From: Phoronis australis
Lineage: Eukaryota > Animalia > Phoronida
Length of the DNA: 64,000 nucleotides
Direction of reading: 5' to 3'
Assembly (NCBI GenBank): GCA_002633005.1
Contig: NMRA01000189.1
Location: 492,862 to 556,861, forward strand
Shown here: positions 24,085 through 37,480 of the stretch, piece by piece
Position numbering within the stretch: position 1 is the stretch's first letter
Layout: each line of letters opens with the position of its first letter
Made by a program: the position numbers and the translations under genes
The notes under the pieces: generated by a model
Told to the model about the DNA's origin: nothing
The model's database searches: none
The model's input: only the letters and a program-made list of their open reading frames with translations

Positions 24085-25230
24085 TCACTCAGTCAAAGTA
24101 AGGCTTGGTCTCACTGAACTGGTTTCTTCACCTGCATTTGAAGGTTGTGTAGGCAGAAACTCCCTCATCTCCGTCTCTTCAGATTCGTTGCTGCTCAGCT
24201 GAGTGTCCAATTCAACAGAAAGATGAGCTGCTTTGTAAACGCATTTGTTTTTCTTCGACTTTGAATTGGACCTCCTTCTTAGACTTTTCATAAAAGTTCT
24301 CCTGATGTGTTTGCTGGCTAGAAAATACACTATCGGCGGTACAATTGGACCTAATTCATGGACAAAATATAACCACATATGTCCGTCTTGTTCATGAAGA
24401 CCCTGAATTGCCCACAGTTTATAGGGATTATAGACAACTGTTCTCAAGATGGCAGCCACTACCACCATCCTCGCGACATCTGCACTTCCGGCAGGTAGCT
24501 CTGCCGATGCGCTACTGCTGCAGGGGGTCTCTGCTATGTCGTCTGTCATTGTAATTTCTATAAGTCCTCTTCCGTGTTGACACAACCTTACCTTTGTCAC
24601 TTCCTTGATTATTAAGATGGAAAACACCAATGTCGCAATTGCCGGCAAACTACAGGAATATATTAAGTAAAACCATTTGTAAAAGTACCTGTAGAAATTA
24701 CTTGTGGCTACAGAATGAGCGAGAGCGCACACGGAGTTGCCATCGTCTGTCACGTAAACCGTGCTATAGAATGTATTGAGTACCACGGCGACTACCCACA
24801 GTACCAAGGCAATAATTCTGGCGCGAAACACCGAGCAAATAACGCTGGCCCGAGAAGGCGTGGCAACACCTACGTAACGATCAATGCACGCCATCAGTAT
24901 GTACCATGACGACAATGTTTCACAGAGTTTCGAGCCGTACTGATAGACTTGACAAAGGACTGTGTAGTTAATTACATTAAAATTGCGCGCGTGCGTTAGC
25001 CATGCTGATAAGTTCAACACCGTGAAACAAATGTCTGTTGCAGCCAGCGCCGCTAAATAATGGCAACAAGAAAACGTCCTCATTCGTTTGCTCAGTAAAA
25101 TTACCAGCGATAGCATATTGACAACGAAAGCGACTGAGTAAACAACGGGTACGTATGTCAACCACATTTCCATCACGTATGGTGAGACCTGAGTAGCTGA
25201 AGTGTTTGCTGGTCCTGTTTGATTCTCCAT
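24085..25230 (-). CDS. Class A (rhodopsin-like) GPCR, orphan, peptide-receptor-like; single coding exon, 381 aa
   Basis: Seven hydrophobic segments; N-glycosylation sites NQT and NTS; TM1 N, TM2 LAALAATD, TM3 C..DRY, ECL2 Cys, TM5 P, TM7 PPIVY, helix 8 SKHIRRTF. Candidate 5' UTR splice acceptor at 25424-25446 and AATAAA at 23862-23867 (minus). Confidence 0.93.
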   Translation of the reverse strand: MENQTGPANTSATQVSPYVMEMWLTYVPVVYSVAFVVNMLSLVILLSKRMRTFSCCHYLAALAATDICFTVLNLSAWLTHARNFNVINYTVLCQVYQYGSKLCETLSSWYILMACIDRYVGVATPSRASVICSVFRARIIALVLWVVAVVLNTFYSTVYVTDDGNSVCALAHSVATSNFYRYFYKWFYLIYSCSLPAIATLVFSILIIKEVTKVRLCQHGRGLIEITMTDDIAETPCSSSASAELPAGSADVARMVVVAAILRTVVYNPYKLWAIQGLHEQDGHMWLYFVHELGPIVPPIVYFLASKHIRRTFMKSLRRRSNSKSKKNKCVYKAAHLSVELDTQLSSNESEETEMREFLPTQPSNAGEETSSVRPSLTLTE

Positions 25231-28200
25231 AGCAACTCGTCAGCTGTTCATCTAGTCGCTCATTTCATAAAATATATACTAAAGCAAACTCGATTACGTT
25301 TGCTCGCTCATTGCGATGAAGTTTTTCGAAATTGCAAAATTGTCGCCGACAGGTAAGCCTAAATTACAACAGCTGACCTCGTAATTTTCCACTTGAAGAC
25401 ACCTCTAGTTATTATACATCAATCTGTAACAAACCAGAAAAAGAAACAAATTAAAAAGCAATCGATCAACCACTGACAGTTGAAAGTGACGTGTCATTCA
25501 AAACTGTTGTATAGCACTGGCAGATCTGTGATGCCGTAAGAGGTAACCAGAATTTTCGAAAAGGTGAGTAGTGAGTACAAACTGTCTTGTTCGTAGGGAA
25601 AGGCTGTGCGGCGAGCCTACTAGCCACGCCTAAATCCGTCCCAGACACTGGCGAGAAGAATATACAAAGATGGTGTACAGAAAAATGTTTTTGAAATGAA
25701 TTTTAGCCAACAGACAGATTTTACGTAAGATTTTCTTGATTGCTAACATCATCAAAAGGTAAATAATATAACGAATGTCATATCATCCTAGATGCTCTCA
25801 AATTGTCGACAAATTTGAAAACTCCTTACGAAGTCTGCTAAATTGGTAGGCATGACTAACGCTTTAAGAAAGGTGATCGATAGCTGTTGGAAAGAACTTC
25901 ATCTGGACAGTGCTTACGTCACTCAGGAGCGGTGCTGATCGCGCAATTCCAAGTGAAACAGCGAATGTTGGGTAAAACTATCAAAACAGGATAGAGAATT
26001 CTTTGATAAAAGGACGGTGTTTTATCAAGCACGGAGTGTATGACTTCGGATTTCGACAGTATTGATAAAATTTCACATGGATATTTTATTCCTTAACAAT
26101 TTTGAGCTCTTGTACTAGAAAGTCGAATCATCTTGGTTTTCACTGGGCGGACAATTTTCCGGATACGACACCACTAATAATTTATAAATCATCGCAGAAA
26201 GTCCTGTTGCAAGACGTGCATTACACCGTGAGCAATGCCCATTACTGTGAACTCAAAGACTTTATCGTTACGGGCTTTATTAATAAGACGAGCGTTTTTT
26301 ATTGGCTGTGCTTTATTTTGATACCCATCGCATTGTCTAGGGAATACAAAGAAAAATATAAGAGTACACCGACTTCGTTTTTGAAGTACTTTTGTTCAAA
26401 CCGCGTCACATAAGAATGCGCTAATTTCAAAATGACGATTACTCCGCTATATTTTTCTAGAAGGCGATTAAATCATGTTCGTGGGATTATGAAATAAGTT
26501 TAGTTGATTGGATAAAAGTCGGTGACTGTCAGTTACATGAAAGTACGCTTAAGACGTTCTGCTATTTATCTAGTGGGAATAAGTTCCGCCAGCAACACAG
26601 CAGCCACTGAAGTCGTGAGTTCGAAGTCGTCTCAGTTGGGTTTGATCTTAAAAACATTACTTGAAGATTACGTCAGTTTAACTTAGAAGGACACTAAACC
26701 CTGTTTTGATGGTTTAAGACAATCCTTGTTGTGCCACCGTCAATCTTGAGCGATAAAAGCAGGATTGGATATCATGGTTTTGGTGGGTGATCTTTCCCCA
26801 TAGTTGCCGTGTAATTCGCTAAAAGCGTAGGTCACGCTTGCCCGTTTAGCAGACTTTAAAAAAAGAGTTTTCAAAATGTCCTCCTAACTTTTGAGGGATG
26901 TCGGGGGTTGAAGGGTATCATTCTGTTTCAGAGAATTTGATGGATACATCGTTTTGTTTTTAATATCTGTTAATAAGCCAAGATAGGCTCTCTAGATAGA
27001 CACTCTAAGTGAAATCTTTAAATTATTTGGAGGCGTGTAGTTCTCAGTCAATATGCCGGTTGGCAAGGCACTTACTTAGCAATTGGTTCGACATAGGAGA
27101 AACAAGTCAGTCAACTAATTACACAGACGTGTTATTGGCTTTACGCTTTGCGATAAAAGGTTCAAACAAATGTTAGATGGGCGTTTTGTCTGAAAAAAAT
27201 CGTCTGCCTAGATCTGTGTCGATGATGAAGAAACCCCCAGGGTACGACCCTCTGGATAGTGGAACATATAAAGATATGTTCGATTTGTTTCACTGTTTCT
27301 CTCTTTGCTGACTCCACAAATTAGTCCAGGTGATCAAAATTTAAAAGTAATATTTTATTTGACGTTTTTTTTCTGTAACATAGGTCTGTGTTTTAGGCAA
27401 ACTACTCACCTCTCCAAAACAGACGATAACCACGACCCCTTAACACAACTGGAAAACCTTAGGGCATGCAATTCGGAAATTCGGTATTTTTCTCAGATTC
27501 TAGTCCCTATTCTACTTGAACAAGAGCACCTGATAACACAGACCGGGCTAATCTTGGTACTGTATATCATGCTTAACATTATCGATTTGTTTTGAAATTC
27601 AGGCAGTGCGGCCGCCGCGGACTGATGAGTTACATACAGTCAACACGACTTCGACAGGACAGGCGATTTTATTGTATCAGAATACCACTTGTTAGTTGTA
27701 GACATCAAACGACAAAATGTGATGACTACCTTTGCCAAAGTCCAAAATAGTTTTGAGCAAATGTGTCAGAATAGTGTAGCTCGATTGTTCAGTGACAGGT
27801 AAATGAGTTCATCTTCCCTATTCTGGCTGGTCATACAAATGACGTCGAATATTTTGGCAACTGAGACTAATTTACAGCGTCAGTTAAATGCAAGCTAACG
27901 TTTTCCTACAATTCAAAAAAAAATAATTGATTAGTTGACAGTCTGTTTACCTGAAATTAAATTTGAAATACAAAAACCTACAAAATACTTCGTTTCATGA
28001 TCCCAAAATATAAAAGAGAAGAAAACTACAGCCAAACTTTAGAGAAAGGAGCATTCAATCATAGACATTTACATTTTGGGTCACCTTGTGTGGAGTCACG
28101 AAACCCACTTAGGTTAGCTACAGTAGTGCAGAAAACAAGATATGCCTATCGGCTGGCATTTTAAACTATTCAGGAGACATCAAGAATAGAACGAACTTCT

Positions 28201-28358
28201 GGGTGCGGCATTTTCCCAATTAAATTTGAACCCTACGTTTCACAAAATGCTTATACTACTTATTGAATAGAAATTCAGTGTAAAATATTTTTAAGCTCTA
28301 TTTCGCCGCCGTTTTGCTGTCAGTGTTGAATTATTAACTGAAGCGCTTTGGAGTTTAA

Positions 28359-29458
28359 AGGCAAAAGCAACCTTTTTCATGTCGTTTTTTGCAAAAATAA
28401 GGTTCGTTGATTATCCCAGACATATTTTTCACTTATTTACGGCTTTTCGTAGTTTAATTACTTACTTGTCGTCTACTCCGGAAGTGACGTTTTGGGAGGC
28501 AAGAATTTCGCGCCAATTTCTTTTCATATAGTCTAACTGTGAGAGCAGTCGAGTCAGTCATTGTTCTACCTCGGTTGTGATAAGTTCGGTCGTCGTTTGC
28601 TTTTGCTTACGAGTCAGTCAACATGCCACGCTGTTGCTGCGTTCTGGGGTGTACTCATCATCGTCTCACGTGCCGAAGATGAACTGTCCCACTTGCCACT
28701 ACTTAACATCGCTGCAGGGCTGCTTACAGGCTCTGGGCTAGAGACAACAGCACAGGGCGAATCCCGCAATGGGGTACGCTCGGAGGCACGGGTGACAGTA
28801 GATGAAGTGCCTCCAGTCACTGTATATAGTGGCCACAGCTCGCGAGGCTTCTCGCTTCAAAAACGCACTTCTCGGGGTTGGCGACGGGGCACTGCCGGGA
28901 ATCAACAGCGACGGTATGGTACCCTTCTTCAGGCGTTGTTTCGCAGGGACCTTCATCAATTCAGCGTACATATCTCTGTCATAATCTGACTGAAGAAAAT
29001 GCTTGCCACACACTCGGTAATTAACCCTCCACTGCTTTGTACGTTGTGTGGACGGGTGGCGCTGCGGTCTTCACATGAACGAGCTAGCCAAGTACGACCG
29101 AAGTGTGTCATCTTTCGGAAAGCGACGCAAGGTACCCAAAGCGCGTGTGAGACGATAATGAGTACATCCCGGCACGCAGCAACAGCGTGGCATGTTGACT
29201 GACTTGTAAACAAAGCAAACGAAGACCGAACTTATCACAACCGAGGTAGAACAATGACTGACTCTACAGCTCTCACAGTCAGAACATAATGAAAAGAAAT
29301 TGGCGCGAAACTCTTGCCTCCCGAAACGTCACTTCCGAAGTAGAAGACGAGAAATTAATCAAAATACGAAAAGCTGTTATTAAGTGAAAAATGTGTCTGG
29401 GATAATCAACGAACCTTATTTTTGCTAAAAGTGACATGAAAAAAGGTTGCCTTCGCCT
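28359..29458. mobile_element. Kolobok derivative made of two inverted left ends
   Basis: TTAA|AGGCAAAAGCAACC..GGTTGCCTTCGCCT|TTAA. About 310-bp inverted arms, both matching the left end of 20222-21556 through the THAP ATG (28623 +, 29193 -). Confidence 0.88.
28900..29193 (-). pseudogene. Frameshifted THAP domain
   Basis: MPRCCCVPGCTHYRL..RFPKDDTLR..VCGKHFLQSDYDRDMYAELMKVPAKQRLKKGTIPSLL contains the C2CH residues and an AVPTIF-like box. Confidence 0.85.
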
Positions 29459-31564
29459 TTAACAGTCCATGTACTATAGTCTATATAGTCTAACAATGCA
29501 CTGTTGACCTACTTTGAAGTGCACCACTATGCACCAGCTTGACCCACTTATGTTGGCTCCGCCCGCATGGCCTAGTTGGACTCGATACATCGGTAATCGA
29601 CTTGCATAATTAAACGTTTTTTCGATAATTGAGTTAATTATGCACAGCAAATTTTATATGACATTTCGGGTGAATGTTGAAATAATGATTGTGGCTAAGA
29701 GGTATATTGACCGAAAAAAAGTTTTCATCGAATAATCAACCGAAGACCTTGAGACTTTCACTTCTCACGATTTAATGGGCTTTTTGTCGACTTCGGCAAA
29801 TCGACTTAATTTGAACTTAGGAAAACGAATTCTCGAAAACGTGGATGTCGCTGAAACATTCCAAACTTGATATTTATTGATCAGTCTCAAAACGCTGTTA
29901 GGCTTTTCGATATATAGGCCTCGTTTTTGCGTCGAATACGACTGCTACTTTTTACAAAAAAATACTTTACGTTTTGAATATTTGATTTGTCAAAGAAACC
30001 AAACGAAAAGACTAATCGAAAATTCCTAACAGCATTTTTGATGAAACTGGTGAAGTTTTCATTTAAAAAAGGTTTTGTTAAAATTAACCGAAGTGTTATT
30101 TTGCTTTGAATGTACTTTTCTTAAAAGTGAAATTTTGACATAAAAAGTTGTTAACGTAAAAATACTGACACATTAATATAAAACATATTTTTATATTTCC
30201 TGATCTTTTTTCTTTCAAAAAATATAAACTTTTACTACATGTAATTGCCAAAGTCTAGGTTTTTTGATTTTTGATATACGAGTTAGAATGGAGGCCACTA
30301 AATAAGGTCTGAGATAACCTTAATCAAAACTACGCGTTGTTTCAGCACATTTCAATGCGCAGAAAGGTCACTCGTTTCAGAACGATTTGGCGCTTCGTAC
30401 ATTTTTGGTCCACAATTTTAAGGTTGGCTAAACCCAAGAAATTCTAATGTATTTTCTTGCGGCTTTCTTGTTGACAACGGAAGTAGTACCCTCTAAACGG
30501 AGTGGATATTATGAGACCGATTTTATGAGATTACAAGGCCTAAATCAATTTTCGTTTATAGCCAACTAAACAGGACGAAATGCAACTGTGACTGAGAGCA
30601 ATGAGCGATAAACAATGCAGAGCTCTGTTGAAAAATGGACCCTCTCGTACAACTTCCTACACACGAAATAAACTAAACTTAAAATGCACCCTTTTGTGGA
30701 GGAATCTGACGGTGAAAAGCGCCACTCAGCGTCTAGTGTAGTACTCCCGGGATTGTTGTCCAAATTGGAACGTGTCGGAAAATACGCCCACAAATCAAGA
30801 GATGGAAAAGATATCATCTAGTGGAACTTTGATCGCATCATGCATGCACACGATCAATCTTACTCCACATTCCTGCAAATGTATAAAAATTTGCAAAACG
30901 TAACTTCCTTAAGCTGCATTTCGTCTAGTTAGCAGGCTAAAACGAAACTGCAATTAGGTCATGGTCCTCATCAATTCGGTCACATAATATTCCTTACCAC
31001 GATGATTCTATTTGGACACTGGTTCAAGCTGGAATGAGTGTAGCAATGCTTTTAATCCCCAAAGCCCTTTAATTAAAAATTTATTATTGACAGATAAACA
31101 GTGATAAAATGAAGGTTTTTGACACCTGTAGAACATCATGAATAACCATACTCGACGAGGTTCTACTCGTTAGAAGGGCCCTAGATTTACAGCTGCTCAA
31201 GAATGGTTTATAAAAGAGTCATTATTTAAAGTACATGTAGATCACTCTCTGAATGTGTGCGCAATTCTATTTTTTTCAGCAGCACCCCCCTCAACGTTTA
31301 GTCGTGTACCCCCGGCTACCAGGAAACAAATGCAAGGAATTCAAGGAACGGTTTCAGTCTTATCATTATCCTTGAAAGTCAATTAATTTGCTATCTCGAC
31401 TAATGTTTGCATTTTTTTGTTGAAACTCAACCTCACCGGACGCCATGATCTCTTAGCAAGCAATGAAATCGCGTAAACCATGTCTTGACTTTCGTTTGCG
31501 AAGTGATGCGTTAAATACAACATTGTTGGGTTCTAATTAATTTAACTCTCGGTTTTTCACTGTA

Positions 31565-32509
31565 TGAGGGGCTGAAAAGGCAAAAATGTGAAAAAAGAAA
31601 AGCAACCCTGTTTTGTAAATTCAACTCTATTTAATAAATTCAATCTTATTTAAAATATAATTAAATCCTAGTTGGTAAATTGAATACTACTTAAAATGAC
31701 ATTCCTGTTTCGTGAATTCTATGTAGTTCTATGTAAAACAACCCTGTTTAGAAGCGATCCTGTTTCGGAGAATTGAGCGTGTTGTATAAAAAATCGACCC
31801 TATTTTGTCAATCCTGTTGGCGATTCAAAAAACTAATCCTGTTACGAACATCGATCGTGTTTTATTAAATCGAGTCTGTTTATGAACATGAATTAAGCAA
31901 TGATTTGTGTGTACAACAGACCACAAACTATTTCAAAATTTACACTTCCTCCATCAGTCATGCCAGTTTGTTTATGTAAAGCGCCAGCTGCAGAGAATTC
32001 GACCAGCCAATCAGAAACTCCGGTATAGAAAATACTCCGAGGAATATTAAATGATACTTTTGTGTTCTCTACCTCCTAGCGGACACGCAGGGAACCAGCG
32101 AACGAGTGGGCTCCGTCATTTTCAATCACGTGATAGTATCGCTTCCCACCAACAGGATTTGCAAAGTAAAATCTTCGAAACAGGATAATTTTCTATCTAA
32201 ACACGATCGGTTTACGAATGTTTACTGAATCTCCGTAAGGGGATTAATTTAATGCGTGGAGCACGAATCTTTAAAACAGCCCCTGACTTTAAAAATGTAA
32301 TGAATCATCTTAACAGGTTGGATTTTATTGAGTTGAATTGAATTTCCGAACTAAAGATGGTTTGATTTTTATTTGGGTCGAATTAATTAAATAGAATTTA
32401 CAAAACAGGGTTTAATTATATTTTAAATAGGATTGAATTTATTAAATAGGGTTGATTTTACAAAACAGAGTTGATTTTTTTTCACATTTTTTGCCTTTTC
32501 CGTTCCTCA
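31565..32509. mobile_element. Foldback-type MITE with long, internally repetitive TIRs
   Basis: More than 100 bp of inverted match (GAAAAGGCAAAAATGTGAAAAAA..TTTGTAAATTCAAC..TTTAATAAATTCAATC) plus repeated (A)ATCCTGTT subunits; no clear TSD. Confidence 0.7.
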
Positions 32510-34101
32510 GTTTTACTCTGATGTTAAAATTTGTCAAATCAGTTTGTCCCGAGTCTATTGGGAAACACAGTAAGTTCTTTCCTGCAAATGATCAAGTCTG
32601 AGTTTCACGAAGATCTGAAATCCACCGCTGAAATAGAATTCACCAGGTCTTCCCAACTCTTGTCAGTTTTGATAAAAAAATGTTGTGGGGAATCGGTTGA
32701 CTATAATAACTATCCCCCAGGTGCTGCGGCACATTCACAATCCACACAGTATCTAGGGGACACGTACCCGAGACAATAACAAGGGATGAAAAACCACATC
32801 GTAGTTAATATGGCACCATCCGGACGAGGCAATCCACCTGAGACAAAACCGCAAATTCAGTACCAAGGAGAAAGCTGGGAGGTCAAAATACCAAATCCCA
32901 GGTGTCGGCAAGGGTCCCTATACCATTCTCTTACTAGAGAGCATACCCGGTATCTGACACCGAACCTGCATTTCTTACAAACAGAACATGCGCTGATACT
33001 TACCTCGTGCAAGCATAACGTCTAATTTCACATTGATAGTAGCGCCACCTTAGGAGCAACTAAATTGTCCTCTATGTAGTGAATGTCACAGTTTAGGCAA
33101 TGCTCATCAACATGTTAAATTGATGCACTAGACTGCAAGTTGAATCTAAACCAACAAACCTTTCTAATCATGTTACACTCGCGTGACTGTTTTCTACATC
33201 GCGACCGTCGTTAGAGCATTAATTGTAAAAGCATGAACAGTTGTTCTATGAATTGCTTAAAAGGTGTACTCGTGCACTCATGTCAGTGTAACACTTCAAC
33301 TAGTCATAATCGATCTGTTTGGAGTGAGTAATTACCCGCGGTACATGTACATCGGCGTGGTTTCAAATTATGTCCATTTGTAATAAATCACGTACATTTT
33401 GTACAATCAATGTACATTTTTTCACAAATCAGGGGCCCTGCCTTGCAAACACCGCTGGAAGTTCACCTGGGCTACGCTTTGCAGACGCAAGAATCTCGCG
33501 AGTATGAAAACTTGCCGTGGTGATCACGTCGCTTGAGGGTACATGTATATCCCGAGAACTCTTGTGTGATTTTACGTTTTCGTGAGCTTCGTGGAGCTAC
33601 GGAACTCAGGCCTGATAAAGCTTAACTCGCAAATACCCCCGACTCCGGTCGACACAATTTTCGACAAGCATAACAAATTGAGGCACTTGCCTTTTCAATT
33701 TTGAAGGCTGGCCTATCTCGCCTCCTTTGTTGTCGCGTTAAAATAGATTCACTTTACCTACCCGAAATTAAGAATAGACATGCCGTCACACTAGGTCCAA
33801 AACGTCGTCAAAATGACGTCATGCTGAGCATTCCTATTAGCTCATATACTGCTCTTTGTTTTTTTAGTCGGTATACGTACGATACAAATTGGATTTCTAG
33901 TGAGTGAGAGCTTGATCAGAGCCGTTCAATTTTTATTTTTTTCGTGATAGATAATTTCCCACCGGGTGGCTTATTTCATTTGTCTTCAGACTTCTTGAGT
34001 AGAAAAGGGAGAACAGCAAAATATTAGAGTTTCCGACCGAAATGGAGTTCTAAACGCAGCTTGATAAAAATGTTCAAACTTTAAAACGTTTTTCACACAG
34101 A

Positions 34102-37100
34102 GACTGAACGGAAGTCTCCGTTTAGACTCAGAGTAGAGCAAAACGAGGCAAATTCTTGCGAACCATACGATTCGCGTTTGAGCCTATTCATACGATACCA
34201 CGTCAGGGCAATTTAATAACAAATCGCAATTAAGCGTTCGAAGAAAAAAAAACGTCGTTAATAATGAAATAATAAAATTCTTCCGTTAGCTGAAAATCAA
34301 CATTTCATCGCGGATTGTAAAAGCAATGCGGACAACATGAAATAACAACAGTATTTCATTTCATGTTACGCTACACAAGCAGCGCGAGAGTCTATGACAG
34401 GCCAATCTTCCTCCGTGACTAGCCCCAGAAGCGTTATCGCTTAAAGATTTTCAAAGAAACTTACTTTTTCACAAGCTCGCTCATTTTTTCAATCTCTAAC
34501 AGGAGTCATGTGTAAATGCGAGCATATGAGGAAGACTGATTACACAATTTTGCCATTAACCGTATTACCCGCGAACAATATTTCCAATGTCAATAGCAAC
34601 ATATGATATGTAAAAACATGAAGTAGCCATTACAATTGTTTTAACACATTGTCGTACATCACCATGCATTGTCATCACTCAAGCGGTGTTCAGTTATTGC
34701 AGATATTTCTGTCTCTCACACCTAATGTTTTACCGGAATTTCAGTTTCGCTGAGTGACAGTCCGGTAATAGAAGCAGCAAAACCACCTGGGTATGAGTAA
34801 ACTGACAAAGTGTGTTGTGAAGTAAATATTCAAATTAAAATCCCAAAAACGCAGATACAGTTTTTTAAATTATCTTTTCATTTTCGTTTTATGGGACTTC
34901 AGAGTTTTTCAAGAGGCCCCAAAGTGGAACAGTATAAAACAATAATTATTCCTTTCGGAGAACGGTGCACAAACAACAGCACCTGGAAATTTCACAGAAA
35001 TCTGAATGGTGAGCTATCTTTGAGACATGAGTTTCCTTCTAGGATATCACATATCTTTGATGTTTACACATGATACTGTCTTCTGATCGTTTAGGAATAA
35101 ATATTGGCATATATTTAACATTTGTTCACATTCGCGTCTCGTAGCAATACCAACGATGCATGCCAGGTCCATCCAAGCAGGTCCATGGCGAAGGGAGGGT
35201 CACGTCGACTCGACCGGCAACTGAGGGCCACTCATCGGAAGTCTTCTGAGCAATTTGCTTCTAAATGTTTCGTTGCTATCTTTATTTTTGAGACTACGGT
35301 TGATCAACGGCAGCGGTTTTCTATTAACAAAGTTCGGAACCCCTTTTCAAGGTTTACACGCTCTTGTTGCAGTTCGAGGCTATAGGGTCACTGCGAATGT
35401 TGGCAAAGGAACAATGTGAGAAAAATGATGTTACCTTTTTAGGTTATTTTGTTGAAACCTCACACGCAAGTTCTGCGGCTGCGGAGTAGCTTTCTACATT
35501 CAAATGTGCACGTGTATACAACAAAAATACGTTCATTGCTGCCTAAAGAGCTGGCCAGTCGTGTAAGTAAAGGTATGTTTATAAGCGAAACGCTTTCTGA
35601 TTCATCTCGATATCAAGCTGAAGAAAATTTCAATTGTTCTCAAAGTCGTAGAAATCATTCAGTTCTTGCATGCGTGTTGCTGCTGGGCCAAAAATACATA
35701 CCAGACCCTGATCCAAAGAATTATTACGAGTAGTTGGAATCTCGTGGAATCATTTAGACTTCTCTCTCTCTCCCTCTCTCTCTATCTGTCTCTCTCTCNG
35801 ACTGAACGGAAGTCTCCGTTTAGACTCAGAGTAGAGCAAAACGAGGCAAATTCTTGCGAACCATACGATTCGCGTTTGAGCCTATTCATACGATACCACG
35901 TCAGGGCAATTTAATAACAAATCGCAATTAAGCGTTCGAAGAAAAAAAAAACGTCGTTAATAATGAAATAATAAAATTCTTAGGTTAGCTGAAAATCAAC
36001 ATTTCATCGCGGATTGTAAAAGCAATGCGGACAACATGAAATAACAACAGTATTTCATTTCGTGTTACGCTACACAAGCAGCGCGAGAGTCCATGACAGG
36101 CCTAACTTCCTCCGTGACTAGCCACAGAAGCGTTATCGCTTAATAAAGATTTTCAAAGAAACTCACTTTTTCACAAGCTCGCTCATTTTTTCACTCTCTA
36201 ACAGGAGTCATGTGTAAACGCGAGCATGTGAGGAAGACTGATTACACAATTTTGCCATTAACCGTATTACCCGCGAACAATATTTCCAATGTCAATAGCA
36301 ACATATGATATGTAAAAACATGAAGTAGTCATTGCAAATGTTTTAACACATTGTTGTATATCACCATGTATTGTCATCACTCAAGCGGTGTTCAGTTATT
36401 GCAGATGTTTCTGTCTCTACACACCTAATGTTTTACCGGTATTTCAGTTTCGCTGAGTGGCAGTCCGGTAATAGAGGCAGCAAAACCACCTGGGTTTGAG
36501 TAAAATGACAAAGTGTGTTGTGAAGTAAATATTCAAATTAAAATCCCAAAAACGCAGATGCAGCTTTTTAAATTATCTTTTAATTTTCGTTTTATGGTAC
36601 TTCAGAGTTTTTCAAGAGGCCCCAAAGTGGAACAATATAAAACAATAATCATTCCTTTCGGAGAACGGTGCACAAACAACAGCACCTGGAAATTTCACAG
36701 AAATCTGAATGGTGAGCTATCTTTGAGACATGAGTTTCCTTCTAGGATATCACATATCTTTGATGTTCACACATGATACTGTCTTTTGATCGGTTAGGAA
36801 TAAATATTGGCATATATTTAACATTTGTTCACATTCGCGTCTCGTAGCAATACCAACGATGCATGCCAGGTCCATCCAAGCAGGTCCATGGCGAGGGGAG
36901 GGTCACGTCGACCCGAACGGCAACTGAGGGCCACTCATCGGAAGTCTTCTGAGCAATTTGCTTCTAAATGTTTCGTTGCTATCTTTATTTTTGAGACTAC
37001 GGTTGATCAACGGCAGCAGTTTTCTATTAAAAAATTTCGGAACCCCTTTTCAAGGTTTACGCGCTCTTGTTGCAGTTCGAGGCTATAGGGTCACTGCGAA

Positions 37101-37480
37101 TGTTGGCAAAGGAACAATTTGAGAAAAATGATGTTACCTTTTTAGACTATTTTGTTGAAACCTCACACGCAAGTTCTGCAGCTGCGGAGTAGCTTTCTAC
37201 ATTCAAATGTGCACGTGTATACAACAAAAATACGTTCATTGCTGCCTAAAGAGCTGGCCAGTCGTGTAAGTAAAGGTATGTTTATAAGCGAAACGTTTTC
37301 TGATTCGTCTCGATATCAAGCTGAAGAAAATTTCAATTGTTCTCAAAGTCGTAGAAATCATCCAGTTCTTGCATGCGTCTTGCTGCTGGGCCAAAAATAC
37401 ATACCAGACCCTGATCCAAAGAATTATTACGTGTAGTTAGAATCTCGTGGAATCATTTAGACTTTTCTCTCTCTCTCTCT
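34102..37480 (+). repeat. ~1.69-kb tandem duplication (34102-35798 / 35800-37480), likely uncollapsed haplotypes
   Basis: Highly similar copies with scattered SNPs and small indels, joined by a single N at 35799 after a (CT)n tract. Confidence 0.9.

Noticed and set aside
34810-37436. Duplicated three-ORF cassette
   Set aside because: Non-ATG starts, no recognisable domains, and apparent conservation explained by near-identical duplicate DNA.
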